64,000 nucleotides of DNA from Amoebidium appalachense (GCA_963693365.1 CAVNZM010000009.1:638963-702962); one strand, 5' to 3'; shown: positions 1-34,711, counted from the first letter of the stretch. The notes: a model not told the origin generated them from the sequence alone. A program made the numbers and translations.

Positions 1-113
1 TTTTCCCGTTTCAGAGTACACACAACAACATTCCCTGTTATACCTCTAAAAACCAAGAACCACAACACCTTTTCTATTCCGAACTACACACACCAACCAG
101 CACATCGACCCAC

Positions 114-384
114 CTTCAAAGCATGTTTCCGTGATGCTTTTAACGCCAGCAGTTGTGCCACCGAGCACAGTGTGGTGGTTTGCACAAACGAGAGGGTTGG
201 GTCCAGGTCGACAAGCTGGGCCACTACGGACAGACACACACTCACGGCTATCTCTGCTCGGTATGCCTGTGCCGATAATGATATTGGAGGTGGGGAGGGG
301 TAAAGGTAGGGACCTCCCGGGAGGATGAGGTGAAGGGGGGTGGGGGGTGGGGGAGGGGGGAGGAGCGGAGGGGGAGTGGGGGGT

Positions 385-423
<39 letters not shown>

Positions 424-974
424 AAATGTCACGGAAGGGATCGTGTTTTTGGATGTGCAGGGTGTGGAGTAGATCTCGGGAAAAAAGAGGTTAATGCTTG
501 AACTGTGAAAGGAAATCCCGGGGAGTGAACGGGGTGTGGGTTTGGGCGAGGGAGGGATATGGATGCAAGTGCATAAATGTGTGAGCTCGTGTGTTCATGT
601 CTGTGAAAAAGAGCGAATGTCAGCGTGCACCAGCGTACGGGTACCCGCCCGTACATCGTCAGCGTGCGTGCATTCAGTGCACATGTTTTAAAAGGTGAAA
701 AGACTAATACACTTGCCGGATGGGTGTTGCAGAAGGTGGTGGGGGTAGGAGGAAATGGACGACGGGGTGGAGTAAGGTGGGGTGGGGCAGGTGGGGGGTA
801 ATTGGCGGGAAGGGAGCGGAAGAGGTGGTGTTGTACCTGTGGGTAGGGTGATAGAATTTCACATACTCTGGCAGCCAACTGCGTCAAAAAAGACCTATCG
901 CTGTCTGGGCCGTGTGCTGTGCGCAGGGGCAGCTGTGCCTGTAGGTCACACACTACTCGCTCCACCTCACTCAT
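114..974 (-). CDS. 5' part of a multi-exon gene of unknown function, running off the left edge
   Basis: Exon 1 974-717 (MSEVERVVCDLQAQLP...FCNTHP, 86 codons) ends at a GCAAGT donor. Exon 2 266-114 (AYRAEIAVSVCLSVVAQLVDLDPTL...ASRKHALK, 51 codons) lies between a CAG acceptor and a GTGGGT donor. Both junctions are phase 0. No recognised domain. Confidence 0.6.
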
Positions 975-1354
975 GTTGGTAAGGGGAGGAAGAGGGAGGG
1001 AGGGGCGAAGAGAGCACGCCACAAAACTGGCGTCGTCCCAGCTTTATGACTACGCAGAAATGCGTGTGTTTCACTGCAGCATGTTACGATTCGATGTTTC
1101 ATGGTACTTGGTTTTTGGGGCCACACTGTGAATGAAAGCGGGCCCCTTCAAGGCGTCAACACTGACTGACAGACAAGGCGTCGGCCTTTGAGATTCTCTG
1201 CCAATCAATCTTCAAGAATAGAATAAGGTTTCCCGCCAAAACGATTCGCCAATGTGTGATGCCTAATAGTAACCAAATCGAGTTCCTGAGCCTTTGTTTC
1301 ATTGGTTATCCTGTACCAAGTGAAGCCCTCCCCCCCCCCACGTACACACCCCAC

Positions 1355-1386
<32 letters not shown>

Positions 1387-1675
1387 GGCCAAATAGACAT
1401 ATCGGTTGTATTGTGAGCATCACAGAGGCCATGTATTGTATGCAAATCGCACGTGCGTGTGTATATCACGGTGTGTATTCATGAACCTGCCTGCAGGTTC
1501 ATCAAGGGAGAGAATACAAATCAAACACAAGTGTATTGTGACCAAACTATCTGAAAGGGGAGAGTTATTTATCGAAAAATCTTAGTCGCGTCCAGCCACT
1601 GGGATGTGACTCAAAACCATCAGCATTAACCCCTCTCCGAATCCTACTCAGCTGCTGCACCCATCCCTCCCCCCC

Positions 1676-1712
<37 letters not shown>

Positions 1713-1760
1713 ACCACCACCACCACCACCACCACCACCACCACACCAAACACCCACCCT

Positions 1761-3150
1761 TTATGGTGCAAGGCATACTATGGGCTTCAACTGGTAGTAT
1801 GACCTATTGCCCCCTATCGCCTTCACAAACGCAGGCAGCTGGTCATGGAAGTACTGTATTGCCACATCAGGTAGGGGGAAACTCGCCAAAACAGCAAACA
1901 CCCACACCCATCTCTCTGCCCCTCGACAGAACCCCTCCCAGCACGCATCAAACGGGTAGTCACTCTCCTTCACCCTGTGCGCTATCAGTGTTTCCCAGTA
2001 GTGACGCACGAGTTGCTTGCTCTGTGGCACAAACAAAGAAGGGGAAACATCAGCAATTATGGTCTGTGCCAGGTCCATCGTGGGCTCCCATGTACCCACT
2101 TCTGACCAGTCAAACATGACGAGACCATCTTGCAGTGCATGAGGTTCATTGGCAGTCCCATCTCTCAGTAGCATGTTGCTTGCGTGGAAGTCACCGTGGC
2201 AAAGTGTCCGTGGTGTGTCTGGATTCTTCAGATGTGCTTGCAATTCCTCCCACCTAGCCCTCTTCAACGACTCGTCTATTATCCTCACTAGTTCGGGCGA
2301 AAACTTCAGCGCGCCGTTGCTTGTTTTCGCCTTTGCAACCACCCACGCTCTCCTCCCAAACTCATTCCAGATTCCCCATTGGCCCCTCCCCTCTCCACGA
2401 TACCACGGTGCCCCTTTCAAACACGAGGCATCTATAAGCTTAGGGTCGCGCCAAAACTCGGCGTGCACACGTGCAATTCGTTGAAACATTGCGTCTAGAA
2501 CGAGAAGGGGGTCACGCGGTTCTATTTCATGGGGTAGGCCCCAAATTTGGTTACCGAAGAAGAAAATCACGCCCGTAGCATAATTCTTGCCCTCTTCCTG
2601 TGCTGCGTCTGCCATCAACATAACGCTGTGGCCGAAAATACCCGATCCATGGGCGTAGAAAGGGGTGGGGACGAGAGAGGAGAGGGACCTGAAGCGCCCC
2701 TCTAGCACCTCCTGGTAGAAAAGGGCCTCGCGATAGTTGCCTGACACCATGATGTTCTTTCTGTCCGCCCATCCCCCCTTGCTCATCTTGAGGATGTATG
2801 TCTGGGGTGGTGTCGGCATACCATCCTCGCTTTCGTAAGTCACGTGCAGGCGACTCATCACGCCTACGAGGCCTCTATTTTTGTCCAGCCCACGCACATC
2901 CTCAGCCACTACCCGGCCGCCACGCTGCAGCACACCGCGTTTACGCAAAAGCTTTGTCAGCCACGCGCACGACACACCCGTGTCTCCCGGTCGGGGGGGT
3001 GGGCCATAAGAAATGGGTAGAAGGGAGAGGGTGTGGCGTAGAAGACGTATTAGGGTGGCGTAGAAGACGTATTAGGGTGGCAAGGGGGGTAGCAAGGGGA
3101 GAAAGAAGGCGGCAACGCCACACATAGGTGGTGCGGGACACGCTAGACAT
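1761..3150 (-). CDS. Intronless APH/choline kinase/ecdysteroid-kinase-like phosphotransferase with a frameshifted 5' end
   Basis: 404-codon open frame with YILKMSK, YREALFY, the catalytic loop TLCHGDFHASN and VMFDWSE...DLA. The ATG at 3150 (gccatcATG) becomes in frame only if one copy of the 22-bp duplication at 3033-3076 is removed. Confidence 0.85.
3033..3081. repeat. Perfect 22-bp tandem duplication (gtggcgtagaagacgtattagg x2)
   Basis: Copies at 3033-3054 and 3055-3076 plus a partial gtggc; read directly. Confidence 0.95.
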
Positions 3151-3625
3151 GATGGCGCGCAGGTCCTAGAGAAGAGAAAGGAAGGGGAGACAAGAGTGAA
3201 AAGAATACTGAAGCAGGTTCAAGTTGTCACAAGGTCCAGTTTTTTTTCTTTTTGGCGAAACAGTGTGTGACGCCATGGTTGCGCAAACACAACCAAAAAG
3301 GTTCCCAGCGTTGATTGGCCGAAATAACACCGTATCCCTAATTGGATTGGCTTAGGCGGTATCATTACCCATCTTGGAAAAGCACACTTTTCTCGCCCCT
3401 CCACAAAAGTGACAGAACCCATCTTCAAGTTTCACATATCATACCCATAGCACTCAATCGCTCACACAACCTTCATCAACGTACAAACCTTATCAAAATT
3501 ATCTTCTTTGCTCTGTATTGCGACACACGCTCATTGTTTTGCGGTTTACTCTACCCTCCCGACCACACGTCTGTCACCACCACTCAGCCCCCTTGCTATC
3601 ATCCTCTCAGCACAAATACAGCAGG
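3151..3625. promoter_or_regulatory. Probable bidirectional promoter (kinase / glutaredoxin)
   Basis: Head-to-head starts about 475 bp apart. Reverse CCAAT boxes (gattggcc near 3313, attggattgg 3341-3350) and E2F-like tttggcgaaa at 3251. Confidence 0.55.
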
Positions 3626-6539
<2,914 letters not shown>

Positions 6540-7421
6540 CAAAATGACGACGTTCCCCCGTAGATGCTCTGCCATGCAACAGAAAACGAGAATGGATTTG
6601 CGTGCCCAATGCTCGCTGTTGGGCAGGGGTAGAACGAATACACGTGTTAAACCATGCACATGCACGTCGTATCCACCCAAGAATGTTTGTGTATTTTCGC
6701 TCAGACTGCATGAAAGAATCCAACACCCCACTTTTCTTCATCTTCAGTCTCCTACATGAGTACAATTAATTTCAGTGCTTAAAATCTTTAAAGGTTGGTT
6801 GTGCATGGCGGGTGTATGTTCCATAGATGACTCGCCCTTTTTTTTTTCTTTCTTTCTTTTTTTTTTTGGATGAGATACAGTAACTAAGTTCCGTATTATA
6901 TAATGTACATGTAATTCAAACGTATAGCTGGACTAATATGAAGAAAGTGATACAGAGACTGTGACATACATGTCGCATTTATTTGATTTATGTGACCGGG
7001 CTGCTTTATTCCACGTGTCGTGGTTGTATATGCTCACACAAGGCAGGAAGGGCCGGTTCCCTTCATTGCATATTAGCAGCTCACAAAATCAGCATACAGT
7101 TTTCTAAGTTGTGAATTTTTGCTTGCCGAATCCATGACAGCAAAAGTCAATATATACATTCATTGTGTCACCCCGCACAACCTCTGTTATATCTCCGGCT
7201 AGCAACAAAATAGTACAACGGGTGGTTATGTGAAGTCAGCCGTACACGTACATGAATGTGGGTAATTGCGCTACACCAACCTTGTGTACCTTCTATTTTT
7301 TATATACCCACCATAGCTCATAAATTCCCTTCCTAGCATCTGATTCATTCACCTATATGACAGTTTCCTACTGCGCACATGCAGATATTTATACCTACTA
7401 AATAATGGTTTTGTTATCCAC

Positions 7422-11942
<4,521 letters not shown>

Positions 11943-12617
11943 ATTTTATATAGCTAACAACTTGCACGTTACCAGAATTTACGTTCTGGCAACATACAGC
12001 AATACACTACACAGCACAGCTAGTGGGCTATCTGTAAGCCCAGAAGCCCAACGTTAACGGCCAGCGGCCGAAGTCAGCCCGACTATGGCGCCAAAATGAC
12101 ATAAAGCCAATCAAAACACGTATTCTGGAAGGTGGGCAAATTCGGGAGTCACCTTCCCCTCCATACCGCTGCATTATGTCCGTAATTTGCATCACACTAC
12201 GGTACATGAGCATATTTTAGGCGTCTCCAGTGCTATAAACGTAGGTAATGGCTCTTTGGTATTGTATTAGATACCTGAAAACATTTGTCTATCTTCATGC
12301 CAGGGGAACCTTTGTTCTGATTCTGATTCTGTTGCTACATATCTTGGTACATATGGTCATTATTTGTTTATTGCCGCGCTCTTTTGGGTGCGTGATTCTC
12401 ATTCATCGAACCCTTCTAGAGAAAGTTCGCTCTCAAAAGTTTCGTTTGGGCACATTTACCTTCCCCCTCCCTCTTTCCCTCTCACATCTCCGCTTTTTCA
12501 TAGCAAGAAATGCCCTACCCACTCCGAAAAGTTCCTTGTTTTACTATCTGCAGTGCAGGAGGCGCTTAATAGCTTTGACTATCCGAGTAATACACGAGGA
12601 AAAGTGGTAGGGAAAAA
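11943..12617. promoter_or_regulatory. Probable bidirectional promoter (DDIAS-like / DHODH-A) with E2F-like and CCAAT boxes
   Basis: ggcgccaaaa at 12087-12096 (TTTTGGCGCC on the minus strand) next to a CCAAT at 12107-12111, between divergent start codons. Confidence 0.55.
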
Positions 12618-14942
12618 ATGGCAGCACTAACAGCGAACGATGTCTCTCTCAAAACTGTGTTTTTGGGTGTGGAACTAGAAAGCCCAATCTGGAATGCATC
12701 AGGCCCCCGGTGCACTACGAAGGAGGAACTGGATGCGCTGGGAGAGAGCAAGGCAGGGATGATCTTGACAAAGTCTGTGACCGTGGAGGTGAGAAGATCC
12801 AACCTAGCCTTCTTGCTTAAACGAAAAAAGATCCCAGATTATATAGGAGTTGAAATGTGGGTTCATCAACTGCAGGTCGTGCTTCCTCATTAGCTGGAAC
12901 TATTTCCGTGAATTTTTGCTTGGAGCACTCATCCCTCGCTTGTAATGGCGCCCCATATTGCGTTGCTTTTTCTGATTGGGATCCATCAGTGAGTCAGCAG
13001 CTTCACATCCTCGTGTGCTCACTCACATAAACACTTGAAATCCCAGGCACGTGCTGGAAACCCCGAACCTCGCTACGCCTCCTTCCCAGGGGGTTCCATC
13101 AACTCTATGGGCCTGCCTAATTTGGGCATAGAGGAATATCTTGAGATCCTGCCCATGGTAAGCGGTGTCTGGTCACATCTGCCTTTCCCGTTGTTGAGTC
13201 TTTTACCAGGACTCTCCAACTATATATCCGTGCCTCCGTACTTGGACAGCGAAGGGGAAGTGGTTGCGTCATATCTTAGCTTTGGTGGGGAGGGGGCGGG
13301 GGGGGGGGGGGGGGGGGGGGGGGGGGAAGGATTAGTGGGAAGAGGGGAGCTTTGATGTGAAGGTCTGCCGGGGATTCATTTGTGCTGCTCAACCCTCTGC
13401 CTGACTCCCTTCTGTTGTTTTTCTCCCTGCAGCTATCCAAGCACCGCAAGCCCGTGATCGTGTCTCTGAGTGGGCTGAGCCTAGCCGACAACCTAGCCAT
13501 GGCCACCCGCCTTGCAGCCTGCCAGCCCCGCCCCCTTGCCATCGAGCTCAACCTCTCGTGCCCAAACATCATAGGCAAGCCCCAGGTAACAAGCAACCCC
13601 TCCCCCCCCACCCCCCCCCTCCCCCCTCTCCCCTTCCCCCGTGCTTTTGGCTGAGATCCAGCACAGGCCTGCTCTCACTTTTATTAAGACACCTCGTCCA
13701 GACCGGCATCCTCTGTGTGGCTTGATGCCCCCCCCCCCCTCCCCCCTCCCCTCCCTCCCTCCCTCCCTCCCTCCCTCCCTCCCCCCCCCCCCTCCCCTCC
13801 CCCCCTTGCTCTCTTCCAGCAAAATAACCAGCATCCGCCATGCATTACACAGCGCAACCTATCCCGTACAACTTTACATATATCACCCTTGACTTCAGAG
13901 GGGAAGGGGGGAGGGGGGGGGGGAAGGTGGGGGTGGGGCATGAACCTAAGTCTGCACTCCCCTTGCAGGTGGGCTACGACTTTGAGCAGAGTGCGGAGGT
14001 GGTGGGGGCGTTTGGGGAGCTGTGCCGGCAGCACGGGCTGGTGTGGGGGGCCAAGCTGCCGCCGTACTTTGACTTTGCGCACTTTGGGGCCATGGCGCAC
14101 GTGCTCAACGCAAGCAGCGCCGCATATGTCACGTGCATCAACAGCCCTGGCAACGGCCTGGTCGTCGACCCCCACACAGAGGCCACCCTCATACGCCCAA
14201 AGGTGTGTGTGTGTGTGTGTGTGTGTGCGTGTGTCCGTGTGTGTGTGTACATGTGTGCGTGTGTGTGCCTAGTGTGGTGCCTAGGAGGCCTTAGTGTTCA
14301 CTCTTGTGCAATGGGCGTCACATTTGTATGTGTGCAGGTGTACATGTGCGCGTGTGTATCTACATGTGTGAAAGGACGTAAAAAGAATTGTGTATGGTTG
14401 ATCACTCTATGCACTGATGTGCATATGTATGTTCACAGGGGGGTTTTGGGGGCATCGGGGGCCCGATCATCAAGCCGTTTGGGCTGGCCAATGTGCGCAA
14501 GATGCGGGAGCTGCTGCGGGCCGACATGCACGTGGTGGGGGTGGGCGGCATAGCAACCGGCACAGACGTCTTCGAGTACATGCTGTGCGGCGCAACCGCT
14601 GTCCAGGTAAGAGGAGGGGGGGAGGGGGTAGGCCCGGGTGGGTGGGTTGGGGGGAGGGATATATAGGTGGGTGGGTGGGGGGAGGCCGGGCGGGGAGGGG
14701 GGCCGGCAGGGTAGCTGGATGGGTATTAGAGGGTGGGGAGGGGGGAGGGGGGTGTGGTGGTGGTAGTGGTGGCCAGTGGTGATGGTGTGGCCGTGCAATT
14801 GGGTGGCTGTGTGTAGGTGCTGATGGGTGAATGGGCATGTGTGTTTGTATGTGTGGGTATCGGTGGGTGCAGGTCCGTTTGTGTGCTGCCAAAGTCATTG
14901 TTTCTCTTTGTTTTTAAAGCTGGGTGCAAGTGCCATGTCCCA

Positions 14943-14975
<33 letters not shown>

Positions 14976-15173
14976 CTGCTGCTTAGGTGTGTGTGTGTTG
15001 AGGGGGATGGGGGTGGGGGGGGGGGGCTGCTTAGGTTTTTGCTACGTGCATTTGTGCGGGGGATCCCCGGGGGGGGGGGGGGGGGGGAGGGGGGGGGATG
15101 GTTGTACATGCACATGTGGACGTATATCTGCCGTTTCGCATCATAAGATTCATGCATATCAGCCCACTTCCTG

Positions 15174-15220
<47 letters not shown>

Positions 15221-15526
15221 ACACACATCTTTCCCCTCCCCGTCCCACCCGGCAACCACCACCACCTACCCCTTATACACAACCATGCAACCACGCAGAC
15301 ATACACAAACACAGACGTACGTACACACCCACACTCGCATGTGTGCACACACACAATACACACACACACACATGTACACACACATGTGCACGAGCAGGTA
15401 GGGACGCAGCTGTGGGAGGAGGGCCCGGGAGTGTTTTCTCGACTGGCTGGGGAGCTGCGGGAAGTGTTATCCAAAAAAGGCTATTCGGACCTGGATGCAT
15501 GCCGGGGCAAGTTGAAGGTCATATAG
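12618..15526 (+). CDS. URA1: Class 1A (soluble, fumarate-type) dihydroorotate dehydrogenase, copy A, 6 exons, 321 aa
   Basis: Exons 12618-12788, 13047-13157, 13433-13585, 13969-14202, 14439-14606 and 15398-15526, all phase 0 GT-AG. Motifs [33 protein letters not shown] (catalytic Cys), [41 protein letters not shown] and RGKLKVI. No class 2 membrane N-terminus. Confidence 0.96.
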
Positions 15527-15635
15527 TGGGGATGTATACATAGGCCATATAGGGGACAGGTCATATAGTGGATAGGTATACATAGGTCATATAGTGGATA
15601 GGTATGCATAGGTCATATAGTGGATAGGTATACAT
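15517..15635 (+). repeat. About 26-bp tandem repeat starting at the DHODH-A stop codon (ggtcatatagtggataggtatacata)
   Basis: Four to five degenerate copies of the terminal GTC ATA TAG segment. Two copies of a related unit follow copy B's stop (about 34670-34722). Confidence 0.8.
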
Positions 15636-17374
15636 GTATGCACCTAGACATCAGGGTTGCATAGGTGGTTGGATAGATATACCGTGGCAGGGATGCACGT
15701 ATGACACGTCAAATTCAAGGAGGCTATGTTATTTAGGTAAACCTCTTTCTTGCACTAATTCCACTGCTATTATTGAGAAGGTCACATGATGCTTTTTTGG
15801 GGGATTAGCTTAATTTGGTGCATATCTTTTCAGCTTTATTGTGGTGTGGTACTACTTTGCTTGGGTGGCACGGCCATGCTTCAGTTTGTGTTGCTGTTGG
15901 TGTGGCAATTTTATCTGGAAGAGGATTTACTAACATAGCCGGTATCGTAATGTATGGCAAAGAACCCGTTTAGAAAACTTAGTTTAGGTAGCTCAAAGGC
16001 ATGTGATCTTCCCTCCGCCCCACCTTCCACAATCTCCTGGGTACCCTTTTATGTGTACAGCCGGTCGTAAGGGGAGGGGGGGGGGATGTGGTGCAGTAAG
16101 TTGTGTGTGTGCAGTGTGTGTGTGTGTGTGCCGTATGTGCCTTGTGTGTGTGTGTGTGGATGTGCGCGCGGATGTGCGTGCGCGTGCGCGTACATGTGTG
16201 TGTGTGTGTGTGTGCGCGCGCGCGCGCTCGCACGTCGTATGTGCACGCACACACGCGTGTGTGTACATGCACAGTGTGTATGTATGTGTGTGTGCGTGTG
16301 TGTGCATGCATGTGTGCGTGTGTGCGTGTGTGATACTATGGGCGCGCGTGTGCGCGTGTGTGGTGCGCCGTGCCACCACCTCACAATAAAGAACCAACCG
16401 TTAGGCTACCAAAAATGAGTCCCGAAAAGCAGCTAACTAGGCTGCTTAAAGGTTCTGTCGAAACCCCAAAGCAAAACAATAGTCAAGGGTTTGCAACTTA
16501 TGATAAAAATTGGGAAACACCTGCAAGCAAACTATGAACAATTAGCGGTGCTTCTGGGTGACATGAAGCGTACGACCATAGATATCCGCGCCCATCCGCA
16601 TCATCCCCCCCTCCCCCCCCTCCCCCCCCCCCCCCTCCCTCCCCTCCCCCTCCCCTCCCCCTCTTTGAGCTTTCCTATCAAAAACTTTTCCACGGGACAT
16701 GGCGAAGAGGCGCAAGCGAGCACTTCAACGGTCCGGGGGGGGGGGGGGGGGGAGGGGGGAGGTGTTTCGTATCTTCCTTTCTTTTCTTTTTTTTTTTTTT
16801 GTTGTTGGCTCACTGACAGGGGAAGGGGGGGGTGGGGGGGGGTTATACTAAGGAATTATACGCGGACCGGGAAAAATAATATGAAGGATTGACCGCCGTG
16901 ACAAGAACTTCAAGTTTGAACTCTGCTAAAGACCTTGACATAATATATATTATTGTGGCACAGTGGCCTGACTTATCTTGTGTGTCTAGCCTGGTTACGC
17001 TATGTTGGAGTGCACAGTATGTCCTGTGTGCATATCATCATATAGGCTATGTGCCTTTAAAAGTTTTATTACTATTTCTTTCTTGAGAGGGGGGAGAAGG
17101 GGGGGGGGGGGGGGGGAGGGAAAAGGGGAGGGGGGGGGGGGGGGGTTTCGGACTCCACTCTATACTAAAAGTTGTTCCGTGACTTCAGGTCAGTTGCCTA
17201 AATAACGGTCTGATCGAAGTGAAACCGAAATTTCGAATTCGATGTAGGCACTACGTACTACAGAATACTGTCTTTATAGACCTACACATTTTTTATATAC
17301 AAATGGCTGGGCCAGCCGCGGCCGGTGGGGGCCTCCTGAGGCCTGGGGGTAATTATTTTCCTCTCCGTTCACTT

Positions 17375-17539
17375 TCACTTTCCGGCAGCGTGGCGGCCGC
17401 AGTACTTTGTGCCTGTTATGGCGTTTGGGCAGCGCAGGTTGTTGGCCATCTTGGCCTTGCAGCGGCAGTCGCTGCAGTAGTTGCTGTCCTGCCCGGCCTT
17501 CTGCTGCCCACAGCCGTAGCACTCGTACTGCCCCGGCAT
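17375..17539 (-). CDS. 54-aa Cys-rich double zinc-finger microprotein (below the ORF-track cut-off)
   Basis: gccatcATG start. MPGQYECYGCGQQKAGQDSNYCSDCRCKAKMANNLRCPNAITGTKYCGRHAAGK* has C-x2-C-x11-C-x2-C then C-x9-C-x9-C-x2-H. Strong G/C third-position bias. A ctaac...gacag branch/acceptor signal just upstream suggests a 5'UTR intron. Confidence 0.75.
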   Translation of the reverse strand: MPGQYECYGCGQQKAGQDSNYCSDCRCKAKMANNLRCPNAITGTKYCGRHAAGK

Positions 17540-18813
17540 GATGGCTCAATCTCTAGTCTGTCAACGTTAGGCCAGTTTTTGACTCAACGCGGTCGGAGTT
17601 CTGTTTCGATTGTATATGTATTGCAGCCGTACAGGGCTACTTACAATCACACTCTGGCGCGAACATGGACACGAACAGACAAAACAACAAGTGTTCTGGT
17701 TTTGGTGCAGCCTTTTTGTTATGGTGCTTTTCGAGCCAAGTGACCCTCAGTTTAGCTGCTAATCTATAGGAGCTTATGTATGGGATTGGTGTTTGGCGCA
17801 CCGCGCGCGGCCGCTTCAAATCAGCTTCAATCAAAGGCTTCAATCAGCTTCAATCGATCGTCATATAGGGCCAGATGAATCGCGCCAAGACAGTGTAGCC
17901 TGTCACAAGGAACGTTCTAGCTGGGGTCTGTAAATGCTTGTTATGGAATTGAGAGTGAAGAAAAAAGTCTCGAGATCTCAGCAAGGTTAAATTGTACATA
18001 GGGAGACAGCACGAGCTAAACTTGCAGAACATGTACAGTATGGGTACAGTGTGTGTACACTGTACGTATACGTACCGAAGGGGGTTTATGGCACTTTGTA
18101 TTGTTGCGGACATCGTCAGGGGCCCAGCCTCACTTGACGGCCTACGGCGTTTTCCAGCGCAGCCAATCAAATGCAGCTAGTGACTTATGTGCACTGTTTG
18201 CAATAAAACAACCCTAGTATAGATTATGGATAAGCAGAGGCTAGCATTGGTAGCTCCGAGAGAAAGTTAAGACACCGTATCACAATATCATACTGTGCAG
18301 CATTAATAAGGTGATCTAACACGGTCATTTCATAACGGATATACTGGGGGAGAGAAGTAGAAAAGAGAATGAAGCCGCCCATAACCTCCGGTTCTACCAC
18401 ATTAGCTAACAGGTCACACTTATTGATAGATATGCATCCGGCCGCAAGTAAACCGCCCCCCACACATATTACACATACGAGCAGGAGACACCAAAAACCG
18501 ATTACAACGCCAAGACATAATCATCTTTGCATAATTATACGACACAACATCATAAATAAACGAATCTATATAGGAGCGAGATTGTCCAACCGTATCCGCC
18601 ATATAGGCTACTAGTAGTTGGTGTTTTTGCTGACCTAACACTCGGAGGGACTCGACACGTAAAGTAAAAAGGTATCTATCAGCCATAGACAAAACTATTC
18701 ATAGTCACACTATGGTTTAACTAGAGCACGAAAGAGCCAACACCCTTGAATAAACTTTCGACATTCTTATAAATGACATAACACATTTGCTGTACAATAA
18801 CCCTTCATAGGCA

Positions 18814-25996
<7,183 letters not shown>

Positions 25997-26484
25997 GTGC
26001 CGCATAATCAACACTGCACGTGTATTTGATACAAACGAAAACTGAAGCACGGGTGGGCTGCGCCTATTTTGCTTTATTACTTCGTTCTAGAGAACGCATC
26101 AAATCTGCGAGGATTGGAAAAATCTCGCATACGAAACTGACACAGACTCTCAGAACGATCCAAAGCTCGTCAAGACATGAAGCTTCTAACGGGCGCATCA
26201 TGAAAAGATTTGCCGCGCTCGTATAAACACCAAATGTATAGTGACATAGGTGTCACTATATAACATATGACTAGAGTATATAGGATTGAAGTATATGGCA
26301 CCCGGTTGGTTGATACAAAAGGGCGTGATTTGGCGCCTCTTTCGTATCCAGACACGCCTCCCCTCGAGCTCGTGGCCAACTCAACTCGACACTCGAAAGG
26401 TTCCCAAAGTTCTCGGTTGCTTTACGTTTTGGGTTGAGAGGGTTATGTTTCGCCCGTGTTAACGGGTTAAGCCCTAGAGCGAAA

Positions 26485-33411
<6,927 letters not shown>

Positions 33412-33942
33412 TTTCAGGTGAAATGTGGCTGCTACGGTAGTGCCGTAGTGTGTTTAGGTGTGAAATTTCATGGTGATTTATAGCTATAGGCATTTAGAAC
33501 TGCTTGGTGCTACGACCAGTTGCTACGAAACAATGTGGTGTGTTTGGTGCATTCGTAAATTCCAATGTATGGACCTGTTGAATTCGTGGTTGTGATCCCC
33601 TTGATGTGGTGTACATTCCAGCCCTTTAGACTTCGAGAGGGTAATTTGTTGGCGACTCTTCAAAGTGTGTGTATTATGTTTGCTCGCCGAAGGGAACATA
33701 TTCATAAAACATATGCGGTAGCCTACACGATTATCACGTTGTGTCTGACGAGACTCGAGCTTCAGATGGCGTAAGTTCGGTTTTGTCTGTGCTCTCAATA
33801 TAGTATCAGGCTGATGATCACGGCCCTCTGAACACGTCTGATGATTCTATCTTGGTCCTTAAGAACGTAGTTTGAAAGAGGGCCCCGGGGCCTTTTTTTT
33901 TTTACTATTATTTTTTTTTTTACCCTTTTCCTCTCCTTCTTT

Positions 33943-33994
<52 letters not shown>

Positions 33995-34711
33995 TTTGTT
34001 TTTTTTTTGGTTTTTTTTTTTTTTGGTTTTTTTTGGTTGTTTTTTTTGGGGGGAGGGGGGGGGGGGGGGGGGGCTGCATGGGGGGAACTAAGAAGTGGCA
34101 ATTAATCGCGACGAATCATTTTTCAATTCAAGAAAGTTATGCATATGATCACATCATGAATGCCTCTTTATTTAGTAGCGGCAGCTACATACTACTACAT
34201 GCTACGTACGTACACTGATATTAGGCTCACTGTGTTCAGCAAATGAACCGCCATGATGAATATCAATAGATGTTTTTTTTTATCACACATGTACCAGAAG
34301 TATAAGTGATGTTATCTGTCGCAACCACCTACCCAATCATATCCCGGTCATGCAAACTCTATGCTAACGGCTTGACTGGGAAGTAAAGTCGAGAATTACA
34401 GAAGCACGCGTGCATGCACACTCATTCAGTAATAAACACACCAACCCATCAACGTGCACAGCCACAAATATATGTGCGCATGCTTGGGGTTTGTAGCCAT
34501 TCATTCACTTTGACTCCCCTCAACTGACAAGCACATGTGCAAACTACTTTTAGCACACCCTTTGTGCTAACATGCTTCGAGTCATGGTGTGTGAGCTTTG
34601 GCTTACAAACGCATTTGCATATGAAAGGGAGCAAGTATTGACACGGTAAGTGTCGTATGATATTTTACTCGTGTATACATATCCACTATATGACCTAAGT
34701 ATACATATCCA

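Noticed and set aside
17219-17743. 174-aa hydrophobic plus-strand ORF
   Set aside because: It is best explained as the antisense shadow of the 54-aa zinc-finger gene, which has the codon bias and motif.
18224-18692. Two overlapping minus-strand ORFs downstream of iadA
   Set aside because: AT-rich, no recognisable motif or consistent splice model; probably 3'UTR or intergenic.
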